Below are positions 1 through 13,493 of a stretch of 64,000 bases of DNA, in pieces. The translations under genes and the position numbers were made by a program. Position 1 is the stretch's first letter. The number at the start of each line of letters is the position of its first letter. The notes beneath the pieces were generated by a model, which did no database searches, had not been told where the DNA came from, and saw nothing but the letters and a program-made list of their open reading frames with translations. Source of the DNA: Cystobasidiomycetes sp. EMM_F5 (taxonomy: Eukaryota); the NCBI GenBank assembly GCA_051047955.1, contig JBPGPT010000003.1:1-64000 (forward strand), written 5' to 3'.

Positions 1-232
1 TGCGAGTGCGAAGCTGCTGCTGCTGATCGTCAGACTGACGACCCGGAAAGGTGTAACAGACCGTGCGCAGGTTTATGGTCGGCCCATGTGTGCTGCGCAA
101 GACATGTACATGTCACAAAGACTGTGCAATCAACAGTACTACTATTTAACGATCCCACGGATCCCAACGGCAGACTCAGAAGATAACGAGCCTAGTGGAT
201 TGATTGATTCACTACTGGTGACGCTGTCTAGC

Positions 233-886
233 TCATACATCAATCACATGATCCTGTCCACTTTCTACGACAGAGACGCGGGTGACGCCATTTTCCAAAG
301 CGATGATGAGCTTTTCGACAATCAGCTTATCCTCCTTCCATGACAGCACGGTGTGGGCTTGACGTATGTCGACGAATCGGAACGACATGATCTCCTCCGG
401 CTGAATGTTGACCTCTTTGTCGCTCGCCGTAACCTCAGCTGGCCAGACTACAACCACCTTGTTGCGGCCATTGCGTGGATTTGTATAACGGGACTCAAAG
501 TATGATGAACGAGACATGGTAATTAAGCTGATTGGGGTAAGGCCTGTCTCTTCCTTCAGCTCGCGTAGACCTGCAGCCTGGCGCACAAGGTCAATTTGCG
601 GACCACTTCGCGTATTTGTCGATTATACCATGCAGCTTACAATTGGGCTAGCATCGGTCTTTTCTGCGTGTCCCTTCGGGAAGCCGAATTCACCGGTAGA
701 CAGGCTATTTGTGTAGTGTATTGCATCAGTACTGGCTTCAGCATGCGGTCTGTCCTAAGTATTTGCGCACTGCTGAATCGTAAGAACCTCTATAAAGGAA
801 TCGTTCTGCCCGAAGCGCAACGGGATTATGCCGTAGGACCTTTCGCACTCATCGTCTGGAAATATGTCGTACGCTGTTGCTGCCAT
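233..886 (-). CDS. NUDIX hydrolase (Ap4A hydrolase-like), spliced
   Basis: Exons join as SYGIIP...FGFPKGHAEKTDASPI / AAGLRELKEETGL, a NUDIX box. ATG at 886, TGA at 233-235. Confidence 0.85.
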
Positions 887-1051
887 TGCTGCTGTTCGCG
901 TGCAGCTGAGTCTCCAATTCAGGGACGACAATGCACTCGAGCTCACGTGCAATCGATTGGTTCGCAAGTTTTTGCAGGATTGCGTACTGGAGCTGCGACT
1001 ACTGAAAGCTCAAGCGGGCGACGGAGCAATACTGGGTTCTCAATTCCTGAT

Positions 1052-4000
1052 ATGCCAGGCGTGCCGATAGCCAGGCCCGAGGCGGCGCATTTCAGCGCGG
1101 CCGCAAAGGGCAAAGGTCGAGCAACAGTGCCAGCACCGTCTAAATACTCGTTCGGCACGCTCGAGCGGGAGAAGCGCTTTGCAGGCCCGTCAACGACCGC
1201 TCACGATGTACCTGCACTCGAGGAGTTGACAGCTCCTCACATCCAGTCGTTTGACGCTCTTTTCCAAGGCGCTCTCGACGCCGACAGGAAACCTTTACCT
1301 GGTTCAGCGGGCAAAGGTCTATTGGAATTGGCCGTGAAAGACATAACGCACAAGGTCATCTTTGACGGAAAGGGGACTGCTAATGGGAAGCTTGGCAACA
1401 AGGTCGAGTGTACGTAGAGCCAAAGTTTTCGACAGGCATAGCGGAGATGTTTGCTGACAGTTCTTTGTCTTTTTGCTAGTCAAGATTGAAGGATTGACTG
1501 TAGGCGCACCTCGAGTCCCGGATCGCGAAAGGTATGGCTTGAATCCCGAACTCAAAGTCTACCCGACAAATGCAAGAGAGCGATTGCGAACATATGCTGG
1601 TCCAATGTCGTGTAAAATCTGCTGGTCTATCAACAATGGCCCATGGCAGTCCGACAACAGACAACTCGGCAACATGCCCATTATGGTCAGGAGCGCCAAA
1701 TGCAATCTCCGTGGCATGAGCAGTGCCGAGATGGTGCAGCATAGCGAGGAATCAGAAGAGATGGGCGGCTACTTTATCGTGAATGGCAACGAGAAGCTCG
1801 TGAGATTCCTTATCGTACCACGGAGGAACCACGTAAACGCCATTATTCGCCCCTCTTTCGGCAATCGTGGTCCATCATATTCGCAGTATGGCGTATCCAT
1901 TCGGTCTGTACGATCCGATCAGACATCTCAGACAAACACGTTGCACTACCTCACAGACGGAGCATTGACAATGCGGTTTTCATGGCGGAAGAATGAATAC
2001 ATGATTCCAGTGGTCATGGTTCTGAAGGCACTCACTTCAGCCTCTGACAAAGAGATCTTCCTCGGCATCATGCAGAACGAGTTTGAAAACACCTTTCTGA
2101 CTGACCGAGTCGAACTGTTACTACGATCCTTCAAGACATACAGTCTGTTCACCGGTGCCCAATGCTTGGCCTTCCTGGGGGAGAAGTTCCGCGTAGTCCT
2201 CGGATGCCCGGAAGATTGGTCGCATACGGAAATTGGACGATTTCTGCTGGATCGCATTATATGCGTACATCTGAAGAGCAACAAGGACAAATTCATTCTC
2301 ATACTGTTCATGATTCGCAAACTTTATGCTCTCGTTGGCGGAGAATGCTGCGCCGATAATCCTGATTCGCCGCAGCACCAGGAGATCTTAATGCCTGGAT
2401 TTTTATACGGCATGATAGTCAAAGAGAAATTGGACGAGATCCTGCTTGGTATACGCGCCCAAATTGCTCAAGATATCCGAAGGGGCACGGCCGACTGCGA
2501 TATTCTGGACAACAGCTACATCACGAAGGTCGTTCGTAAAGTCAATGCAGACGTTGGCAAAAAGCTAGAGTATTTCCTGGCCACCGGAAACCTTGTCTCG
2601 CCTACCGGTCTTGACTTGCAGCAAGCATCAGGGTATACTATAGTTGCTGAAAAACTAAACTTCTACCGCTACCTCGCGCATTTCCGCTGCGTACACCGTG
2701 GTTCCTTTTTTGCCGAACTTAAGGTGAGTGCAAGCAGTGATAGTGCAGCGAAAGCTGATAAATGCTTCATAGACTACTACTGTACGCAAATTGCTTCCAG
2801 AAGCATGGGGATTCTTGTGCCCTGTTCATACGCCAGATGGCTCCCCGTGTGGACTGTTGAATCACTTCGCCCATCAATGTAAATTGGTTACTCACCACCT
2901 AGAAGTATCACATCTTCCGGCCCTTCTGTCGGCCCTTGGCATGACGCAGGCATTTGACCGCTCAGTGAACGGTAAACACAATGTGTGCGTCCAACTTGAT
3001 GGTCGGATAATTGGCTGGGCCACGCCGGATCTGGTCAGAGATATGGGTCGCGCGCTGCGCGTGTGGAAGACGCAAAATCAAAACAATATTCCAATTGACC
3101 TTGAGATCGGTGTTGTTCCCACGTCACACGGCGGACAGTATCCTGGACTCTACCTCTTCAGTACACGGGCTCGGATGATGCGGCCAGTCAAATATCTATA
3201 CAATGACGAACGGGATCATGTTGGATCCTTTGAGCAGGTATACCTCGATATCGCCATCACAAAGGAAGAAATCGCGAAATGTAACGCTACACATATCGAA
3301 TATACGCCAACAAATGTATTGTCGGTTCTAGCAAACTTGACACCCTTCTCCGACTACAACCAGTCCCCTCGTAACATGTATCAGTGCCAGATGGGGAAGC
3401 AGACTATGGGTACTCCATCAACTGCTATCCAACACCGTACGGATAACAAGCTCTACCGACTGCAGACTGGGCAAACGCCCATTGTGAGGCCCAAGCTGCA
3501 CGATCGCTATCAGATGGATGGATATCCGCAGGGCACGAATGCGGTCGTCGCCGTCATTTCGTACACTGGGTACGACATGGAGGACGCTATGATCATCAAC
3601 AAGTCGGCTCTCGAACGCGGCTTCGGCTACGGCAGTATATACAAATCCCATATTACCGACCTCTCGGCAGTCAAAGGAGATCAAGCCCAAGATCCCATAT
3701 TTGGACTTGGCCCTGATATTAGAGCCAATCATAAAGCGCGTGAGGTCATTGACTCGGATGGCATGCCCTTCATTGGTACCAAATTGCGGTACGGTGACGC
3801 TTTGTGCGCATATTGGTCAGAAGCGACACGCCGTACTACGATAGAGAAATACAAGGGAGACGAAGAATGCTATGTTGATCAGGTCAGAGTAATAGGTGAG
3901 TCTCATGGGCAGCTCAGATATTGCAGAATGTGTAGCACTCGCTTATCTCCATTCTATAGCTAACGACCAGGTCGACGGTAAAGCGCAGAAAGCTCATATC

Positions 4001-4888
4001 AAGTTACGAATACCTCGTCCACCGACTATTGGCGACAAATTCTCTTCAAGACACGGCCAGAAAGGTGTCTGCTCACAGCGCTGGCCAGCTATCGACATGC
4101 CGTTCAGTGAGAGTGGTATGCAACCGGATGTCATCATCAACCCGCACGCCTTTCCAAGTCGTATGACAATCGGCATGTTTGTGGAGAGTATAGCCGGGAA
4201 GGCTGGTGGACTGCACGGGATGGCACAAGATGCAACGCCCTTCGCCTTCAGCGAGGAAGATACGCCAGTTGACTTTTTTGGCGAGCAGCTTAAGAAGGCA
4301 GGTTACAACTATTATGGCAATGAGCCAATGTATTCGGGCATTACTGGTCAGGAATTCCCTGCCGACATATACGTGGGCCTAGTGTATTATCAGCGCTTGC
4401 GTCATATGGTCGGCGACAAATGGCAAGTGCGGACGGTCGGGCCAGTTGATCAGATTACTCGACAACCTGTCAAAGGAAGGAAGAAGGGGGGTGGCATTCG
4501 CTTTGGAGAAATGGAACGCGATGCGCTGCTCGCTCACGGAACATCCTTCCTGCTGCAAGATCGCCTGATGAACTGCAGCGACTACTCTACGGCCTGGGTA
4601 TGCCGCACCTGCGGTAGTATGATTTCTCTCGGCTACGAAGATGTGGGACTCGGCATCGACATTGGACTGCATAAGCCGCTGCTGCGCACACGGAGCGAAG
4701 CTAAGGGAGAGTATTGCCGCGTTTGTCGCGCTGAGGAGCAAAAAGCCGTCACACCAGGCACCGGCCTTTCGAAGACCGTAAGTCTGCATCAGGGCGGGCT
4801 CGATGTCGTTGCGGTTCCCTACGTTTTGCGGTACTTGGTAGCTGAGCTGAGTGCTATGAACATCAATATTCGTTTTGGCACGACATGA
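1052..4888 (+). CDS. RPA135: RNA polymerase I second-largest subunit
   Basis: Motifs [69 protein letters not shown]. The Pol I-type [10 protein letters not shown] and [11 protein letters not shown] are present. Introns 1410-1479, 2724-2772, 3896-3959. Confidence 0.97.
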
Positions 4889-5109
4889 TATGTACGATTG
4901 TAGAGCAGGTGTTTCGCAGCTCAGGTAGTTGTGGTAATCGCTTTCCACTAGCAGCACCAAGCAGCAACCTACTCTTGTTGCTGGCTGCAGTCACGTATAC
5001 TAGACGTTCAACTTCTGGCCTCATAGCTCCCGAATCGCTTAATACAGTACGTTGCAAGCGAGCGGATGTCTACGAAAAGCATGCCAATTTGCGTATCGAC
5101 TAAAGTCTG

Positions 5110-8100
5110 CTATAGCGGTGGACTCAAAAGGTCTGCTGTTCCACCTCCATCTTCGTCTCTCATTTCACGAGTTGATTGATGGCGGAACACCGCATCGTCT
5201 TCGTCTTCATGTAGCTCGTCTGGTTCGCGCGCGAGGACGATGGCTGGAATTGCGCGTTGCCGAGCCGCTTCCGCACGATGCTGCAAGAACCTGCGGCGCC
5301 AGAACACCGTGCTCAGCAGGCCTCGTATTCGCTCGAGGCTGACGAGATCGTCAACTGTATCCATTCTGGCTTGACGGTGAAGAAGCTCCTCCATCCTACA
5401 ACCCGATCAGTTCCGAATAGCCATTCAGCAACAAGAGCTCACCCCAATGACTTGTTCACATCAATCAGCTTGTGATGTGCTAGGAGGAGAAGCATATCTG
5501 TGAAAGGGATACCGCGGCTAGTCTCACAAAGCAGAGCCTCATGATAGAGCCGATTGAAGAGGCGCTTCCGATCGGCGAGCTCCTTTGAATCTACTGTGTC
5601 CAGACGACGGGCAAGCTCAACCAGGTCAAGGCCCTCTACGAGCTCATTCCGGGTAGTCGATATGCTCTCGAGGGCCTTGGAAGTAGCTACGGTGCGCAAG
5701 TTGCGGAGCCGGAGTTGTTGTGGGTATACGCCAACTTCGAAGACGCCACTCAGATTCTGTGTCGGAAGCACTCAGCAGGTGTCCAGCCTTACAACGCCCG
5801 ACTGACCTTAAAGAAGGGTATGAAGTCATTTCGACGTATATGACCGTTACGGTATCTATCAAACATAGCCCATGCCTTCTTGTATCGACGCATTTCTTCC
5901 CGGCTGACTGAAACTGTTCGACCGTACAAACTGAACACGAAACTGAAGTTCTCTCTGCGAGCCAATAATTCAGCCACGGATCGTATAGATGGCTACTACG
6001 ACTTACACCACCACACCGGTGATCATGTTGAGGAAAATGTACATTGAGAGGATGTTCCATGTGATGAACAATGTGAAAGCATAGCCTGGACTTCCGCAAT
6101 CCGTGAAGAGGTAGCTATCGGAAGGACTGCAGTCAGGCGAATCCAAAGTATAATCATGCATATACGCGTTCCAGCCTTCTCTGTGTGTGAATGTCAGTTG
6201 AACGCAGCCTTCCCGTCAATATTCCCTTACCCAGTGCTCATCAATGTGAGCATGAGCATAGTTTTGGGTAATGTCTGAAAGAGAATAGGTCAAGTCGTGC
6301 AGGTGGTGTAGCCACGATTCGTACTGAGTAATTTTGTCGCCATGTCTCGTTTACGGACCAGCGCGTCAGGCTGAAGTTCTCCAGAAAAAAAATCGCCCAT
6401 ACGAGGAACAGAGTGAGCCATAGTCCAAATATGCTCATTATCGCAGGAAGACTCGTGCTGTGTGACTTTCTTCAGCATAGCTCGTACATGTGCCCAATGG
6501 ACGTGTGTTAAGACTGACATTGCAGTTTTGAAGAGTTGATTCAGGCTGTTATTCTTTTGCACCAGCTTAAAGGCGATGCTGACGAGGAAGAGCTTTTGTA
6601 ATTGTATAGCAGTTTGGCTGGAAGTGCCTAGGATGATGGGTATTGTTGTTGCGAACGTTCCCGTTACTACGAATATGTCATACAAATTCCATCCGTTTTG
6701 ACTAAAACTTTTCCATCCCAGTCCCGTGAAGCGAATGCCAATGTCAGTCGCGTACACCAGCGTGAAAATTAGAAAGATCCAGTCTGTCAATAACAAGCTC
6801 AATGTTTTGGCGGTACTTCACTGATTGGACTATCTTACCCCGCATTTCATCAGCCCAATCTGGCTGTGAATCCGTCTGGGACATGAGCACTGCGATATGT
6901 ATCAAGTATAGGAAAGTCATACATCTTGACCACCAGCCATGCTTATCCACAGATCGATCATAGCACCAGGCACCTATCGACCCCTCGGGGCGATGTATGG
7001 GCTGCTTGGCTGGCCGCTGTCGAACGAGGAGCTTTTTGAGGTCGATCCACTGGCGCTGTTCAGAGGTTAGCAGCGCCATACCAGACCGTAGTCCAAAATT
7101 TTCAATGATAACGGATACGAAGAGCGTGAGTACGACGATGGCGCCGATAAGATTGTAAATGAGGAAAAAGATGGAATTATATTGAGCCGCATCTTGCTGA
7201 GGTTGCTGATCACGGCCGATGATCCCCATAGCTGATGCCATCACTGCTGTCCACCCCTCGAGTGACACAATCTCAAATAGAATAAGGAAAGCAGATCGGA
7301 AAGAATCGAAAGACCAAACGTAGGGGTTCTGCCAGGCTCTAGGCATCAAAAAGGCCCACTCGGCTGGTCTAGCGAGATATTCCCCGGAACACTGCGCTTT
7401 TGTAAGCGCGCTGCTGTCGTTGCAGGAGTACAGTAGACCTGAAAATAGATTTTGACCCCAGACGGAGAAGGGGATAATGTAGAGAATAGTGAGGACAGAG
7501 GCGTCCAGAATGCGGCTTGCTCCTACAATCATAACGTTGTAGAATGTGTCACGCATAGTTGCGGATAAGTTGATGAGTCGTAATGCCCGGAAAGCTTTGA
7601 GCGACCGCACAAAACGATTCAGCGCTGCATTGCTGGTAGACAGCGACGTGGAGATGTCGATCACAAGAGTAATGAGGACAAACAAGTCCAGCAGATTCCA
7701 TATACTGAGAAGATAGGCATTTGGCGTGAAGATAAAACCGTCGGCGATAACCTTGACAAGGAATTCAATGATGAAAATGAACCCGAGTGCGGATTCGGTC
7801 AGATTAAACCACGTCAGTCGTATATGTCTATTTTCAACAAAGTACTGCAGAGAGAATGTGTCAGATGCAGTTGAATTATCACGCTGACTCGGACTCACTG
7901 CTCTGCGATATACAGGGGTCGCGATGGCAGCAACGGCTACACTGGCAATGATTGTGGCTAGGATTGCAATCTTGAATATCGCAGTCCATGTACGGTATGG
8001 GCGAACGCCGTTGACGCGGCTCCCGAAAGGTGGCTCGACTATACGTTGGCAGACTTTCCTCACGAAGTTTTGATTTGAAAAGATCCACAAGGAGCGATCA

Positions 8101-11100
8101 TAGGAAGGATGCGCATCGATGACTGCAGAAAAAGTTTAGATTCGCAAGAGTGTGCAGGCATACATGCTTACAGACGGCCTGTTTAGCTTGTAGCTCTTCC
8201 ACCATAGTCTGGCTTCTGGAAAGTACGGGGGGAGCGTTAAACGACAGGAGATGGCTGTGGGAATGTCTCAACTAAGGTAAGATACGTCTTGTTTTCTTAA
8301 ACTGACAGTTGCTTGTCCACATCATCCTCCATCTCTAAGTTCAATCGCCGCTTTCTGATGGCATGCTTGACCGTCGAAATAATGGAGTCCTGTCCGCCAA
8401 CGGCATCGAAAGGAATGCGGTCTCGACGCAGATGCCGCTGGCCTTTGGGAGAATCGCTTACGGAGCTCGGTTGAAGGCGATGACCAGAGTCTTGTGGGTT
8501 CGGTTTTAAGCCGGTGTGTGCGGCGCTTGCCTGTTGATTACTTCTGAGGAAACGATACGGGTTCAACCGACTGATCCAGCTCGCGTTGGGCTTGGCCGGC
8601 TCATTTTTCTTACTGAAAGCCTCGAGCTGAGCTTTCTGTTTCTCCTCCTCCGCCACAGCAAAACCTTCGTTGATCACTGCAATGAACATCTGGAGCAGAA
8701 TAACTTGAGGTGGTCGACACTTAGCTTTCGACGTGTGCGAATTCTGCAAAAACCCACAGTTTGCAAACATGAACCATCCGCTGATGAAAATCGCCGAAAT
8801 AACAGCCTGGTTGAAGGATGCTTCAAAGCCCAGGGCGTTGTAGAGCGGGGTAGTCCAATTCTCCGACGAAAAGATCTGGTGAAGGTGCCTCAGCAAGATG
8901 CATCTACGTTCATGCCAGGTAGACATACAACGTAGATGGTTAGAAAAGCATTGTATATTTGGTAGAATGACCATTCGATAGACTCGCCATCTGAAGCTGC
9001 GGGTATATCGCCTCGAAGAAACTGTACGGCCTGTATGATACGTATTTCAGTGACGAGAGGCATGCGTTGCTTATGTGACCACTGACAATGACAGCGACCA
9101 GGAAGTTGATCAGCAGCAAGAACAACAACATGTTCAACAGTCCTGCCACCGAAGAAAGAATCTTCGCCAAGAGCTTGCGCATACGCGGTACAGCCAGAAT
9201 AACTCGATAGAACCGCATCAATTGTAGCACAGTAAGCCAAGGATAGATTGCGGAATTATGAATGGCAGGTATCTGCAACACGCATGTGGAGATCGCAAGG
9301 ATAGAATCCGCTAGGTTACTAGCGCGTGCGTTGAAAGCGCGCCAATCAGGGAGGTAGCTCATAAAGCGTATGGCCAGTTCGACAAAGAAGGCCAGAGTAA
9401 AGTACAGCTCTAGATTATCTGCAACTAGATCAGCGCTGAGCGCATGCAATGCTAATTGCACTTACTTAGCAACTGTATGCGTTGAGGGGAATCATCAGCG
9501 GTTTTGGATGCTTGTATACCAACATCGACGATAACTAAAGCTATCCAGACGTAGGAGCCGCGGTCTACCATGCGTCGCCAGAAATAAGCTTGCTTTCTTC
9601 GCGAATTCTTCTGTGGTTCTTTATTGTCATCTACGACAGTTGACGCGTCCTTGCCAGCAAAGGCCGAATGTCTCGTCTCCTCGCGAATATTGCCAAAAGT
9701 GTTGATAATGACGGCAACAAAGATGTTAACCAGCCATATGTTCAAAAGCACAAGACAAACGACGAAGAAGAGCGATGATAGAAAGTACTCCGCATCCTAA
9801 AATTGACAGATGTGTGAGCCTTCTCATAACACCACGCCACAGACTTGTTCACCATGATGTTGTACATTAGCGATGTCCATGTGTTTGCTTGTGAGTCAGT
9901 AATCAGCACATCCGCTAGCCACAAGCTTGAGCTAATACGTACAGCTCATGATCACGACCACTTGAAGTAAGGACGCGAACACATTGTCAAAGCTTTGAGT
10001 GTTGTTGAACGGGTTGGCCTGCTCCAGGCATATTTGACCAAGCGGACAGATGAAGCCTTTGACAGCGATCCCGGAAGACATATTTGAAGCATCGATGAAG
10101 GAATTCGGTAAGCGGGTAAACGGATCGATATGACCGCCGCACAACTGGCTAGTCGAATAGGATGCCACGTTATTGACTGGGTCGACCCAAGTGCACATTC
10201 TCTTAAAAGACCCTCGAAATGACTGCACGCCGATAATACTGCGTTAGTCCGGGTGTGAAATCAGATAACAGTCCTGAGATGGAGTAGAGTTAGCGTCATA
10301 CCTGAAGAGCACCATCGCGAATACCACGAAGAAGGCTACGTTGACCATCATAGGAGCTGACTGTTTGAGACTACGTAATATAGTCTGCGGAGAGTTTAAA
10401 TCAGTGGACGCATTCGATCAATTCAAGAAGACCTTACAGTAGTTCCCGTAGTGATGACCAAAAGTCTGGCAGCACGCAACGTACTCAATGCACGGAACAA
10501 ATAGACATGTTTGTTCCCCTCCACTCCAGTGACAGCGAGTATAAAGCATAGCCAGAAGCTACACACTGCAACGAAATCGACGCGATTCCACGAATGACGC
10601 AAATAAGCCCGCGTGTGTTGCAAATGCTGATCCTGCTGAGCCTGAACTGCTCGGATGAATGGCACATCCTCATGAAGACGGTCGTTTCTGGCTACTTTAA
10701 GCGAACCGGGCATTGATGCTGCTGTCAGCAAGCCGCGTTTTGAGCTGAACGACTTGATGGTGGATGGCGCCGAGAGTGGCACTGGAGGATACGAGGGGGA
10801 TGTTATTGGCGCATCGTTCCTGGCATTGCGGGAATCAGCGCGATGGGGACGCTGCATATCGTCGAGAACCGAGATTGTGCTCGACGTCCTCCTCGGTCGA
10901 CCATGTGTGTTCTGCTCGAAGTTATCTCTGCTGGAAATGGTTCGGTTCCCTGTTTCTCCTGACAGCTTATATGATATCCATGTACGTGTGTTCTGCCATA
11001 TTCGCCTCACCCACCAGCGTGAACCTCCCACACGAAAGTTGAACCGCGAGCTTATGGGTCCTTGAAGAGAGTCTTGGCTGTCGTCGTATGGATCGAAGAT

Positions 11101-12672
11101 GAATCCGCTCACTACTACGCGCATAGCCATCTCAACAGTGAAAATGGAGAAGAGTACGAAGAGTGCGTAATCTTCCCAAGTATGAAAGTAGCCAGGTCCG
11201 CGATAGACTGGGTATATGTAAGTACTTGGTGCAGCTTGAATTGTCAGAACAACGATATTGGCTACTATTAGGGCCAATATGCATGGTTCTGTCCAGGCCC
11301 AGATTAGCACAGCTAAAGATGCTCGCCGCAAAGGATGGGATGGGTAGAACAGCCCTAAAGTTTTGCCTCGCAATGCTTCGCGATCGATCTCCCATCCAAC
11401 GGTGTACTTTTCTGAAGCTGCGTCTTCATGTAAATGCTGCTTTCCGCTGAGTGAAGGCTGTTCAGGGACTGGCGGGTTCAAGACTGGAGGTGCCCGCGTA
11501 GCTTGTCCGGCGTTCTGCTGCTTCTCGTCTGACGAGTCATCGCTGTCTGACTCTCCATCGGGCAACCGAATATGCGCATACTGGTCTGCAATTGCCGTCT
11601 GTTTGAGGTTGACCACTCTTACGCTCAGGCGTTGTAAGCCGCGCCTCGCTGATTCTAGTACAGATCGATTACGAGATAAGCCGGATACAGGAACTGCACT
11701 GCTAAAAGTGTTGGAGCGCTTGTTCCCTTGTCGAATTTCGCCAGCATCTTGTCCTGACCTAAAAGACCCCGAGAGCGTCCTTGGGCCGTACTCAACGTCT
11801 GTAGATCGTACCGCGTCGCTTTGCATGCCCGAGCTTGCATTTCCGATGGGAAAGGAGGTAGCCTCATAAGCAGACGAACTTGAGGAGCTGGCGCGCACCA
11901 TTTCACCTTGATACGAGTATTTCAGTGTTTCCGTCTGCCGCGCTTTGCCTTTCGGAGAACGCTGTTGGCTGGGCATTTCTTGTAGGGTTCGTGAAGAGAG
12001 TGATATGGCCTCTGCGTTGCCATTATCGTTTAGGAACGGATCATCGTGAAGGCTGACTTGGCTCCAGGTCGGCAGCAAGGTATGGCGTGATGCAGAAGCG
12101 TAGCTACCAGGTTGCACCTCTTGTATCGTTCTATGACTGTCGTCTGCGCCAGCCGAAATGTGCATTGTGTTGTCAGCAGAGTGAGACTGTCGGTTTGCGA
12201 TTCCAGTCTCGCCGTACATGTCAGCCGAGGATAGTGGCCTCTGGAGGCGTACTTCAGTACTCTGCAGACGTGAGTGGCCCAACGTAAATTGTCCCAAGTC
12301 AGCCGATGGGTCTCTCGCATGCCTTGAGGCGTAGAAGTTTCGCGGCGATGCGGTTGTAGGCGATGGAATCCAGTTCAGATGCGAAGATGCCGACATGGGT
12401 ATAGCTGCATCGTTGTCATTGGCCAAAGTGGCATTATTCCCATCAGCCAAATTACCAATGGAGCTCCTGCTAGAATTCCGGCGTTTAAGCTGCGAGACTT
12501 CTGCAGCGGGTGTCATCGACATTGAGGATGTTCCAGCGTACGTGTCATCCCCGTTTTGGTTGTTTAGGCCGGGTGAATTTGGTCGTGAATTTGACGAAGC
12601 CCCCGACACTGACGAGCCGATGGAGAAGTCATGGCGATGTCCGGAGCCAGTCGGAGTCAGCCGCGTCGCCAT
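5110..12672 (-). CDS. CCH1: Four-domain voltage-gated-like calcium channel Cch1
   Basis: Four 6TM repeats with S4 arginines. Pore loops after splicing are MSSNTWT, FSSENWT, VSLEGWT and MSTGEGWN (N/E/E/E). C-terminal EF-hand-like [12 protein letters not shown]. Many introns. Confidence 0.95.
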
Positions 12673-12835
12673 GAAGGCCAATAGCCTTGGACAGAGCTGC
12701 GTTTGCGAGCTTGTGCGAGCATTGGGCGAATCGCAAAACGCGGCAGACTTCAAAGGGCCTCGAATAAAGGGCTCCAATTCGACTGACACAATTGCAAGGA
12801 GCTGTGCTCAACTTCAACTGATTCCAAAGATCACC

Positions 12836-13285
12836 ATGCCACTGTCGCACTCGGCTGTCCTGCGTTACTTTACTCTAATCCCGACGTGCATAACCGTGGG
12901 CTACGGCTACACGTACTTCTTCCGACCCGAAGCAGCCCAAACCATCTTTGAATTTGACCATGTTCCCACTGGCCGAGATGCTTACATCTTCAAGACGCTG
13001 ATGGGCCTACTGGGCGCCAAAGTCTCGTTCATCGTGTTTGCTTTGGTCGCGTCGACATTCTTTGCCTCGCCCCGCTTTCTGGGTAGCTTGCTTTTGGCTG
13101 TAGCGGGCATGGCCTATCTCGATGGCGTTGTCGTCAAGACGTATGTGGGCCATGGCGAATGGAATCACTGGGGCTACGCAACTGCCCTGGTTGTGCAAGG
13201 ACTACTATTGTCGGGACTTTTCGATAATAGAAGACCTCTGACAAAGGTGCGCTTCCCGTACTGCAAAAGTGCACCGCGAGCTTGA
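12836..13285 (+). CDS. Small multi-pass membrane protein (DUF4267-like)
   Basis: MPLSHS... with 4 hydrophobic segments and the DG..V....G..W.HWG pattern. The 3' end may be spliced. Confidence 0.7.
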   Translation: MPLSHSAVLRYFTLIPTCITVGYGYTYFFRPEAAQTIFEFDHVPTGRDAYIFKTLMGLLGAKVSFIVFALVASTFFASPRFLGSLLLAVAGMAYLDGVVVKTYVGHGEWNHWGYATALVVQGLLLSGLFDNRRPLTKVRFPYCKSAPRA

Positions 13286-13493
13286 TGGTGATGGACACGA
13301 GTACAGTCCAAGCAGTGATGGTGCAACATACACGGTCAAGAAAGGTTAGGACTTCTGAGATCAACCGACCCGAATCCGGTCTGCGGAATGGCTAGTGCCA
13401 ACGTTTTCAAGCACAGCAAACGGCGGACCACGCACAAACAGACAAGGTACTACAGGCAGTAACTATACCATGAGCAGCTTTGCTTGAAATGAA

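Noticed and set aside
596..1051. Upstream extension of the RPA135 first ORF (Cys-rich CCCHCCC)
   Set aside because: Antisense to the NUDIX exons and starts at a non-ATG codon.
6170..9945. Asn instead of an acidic residue in the CCH1 domain I pore
   Set aside because: N/E/E/E-type filters are normal for fungal Cch1.
12395..12835. N-terminal extension of the 296-aa ORF overlapping the CCH1 start
   Set aside because: Antisense to CCH1 coding sequence. The membrane protein plausibly starts at ATG 12836 (CACCATG context).
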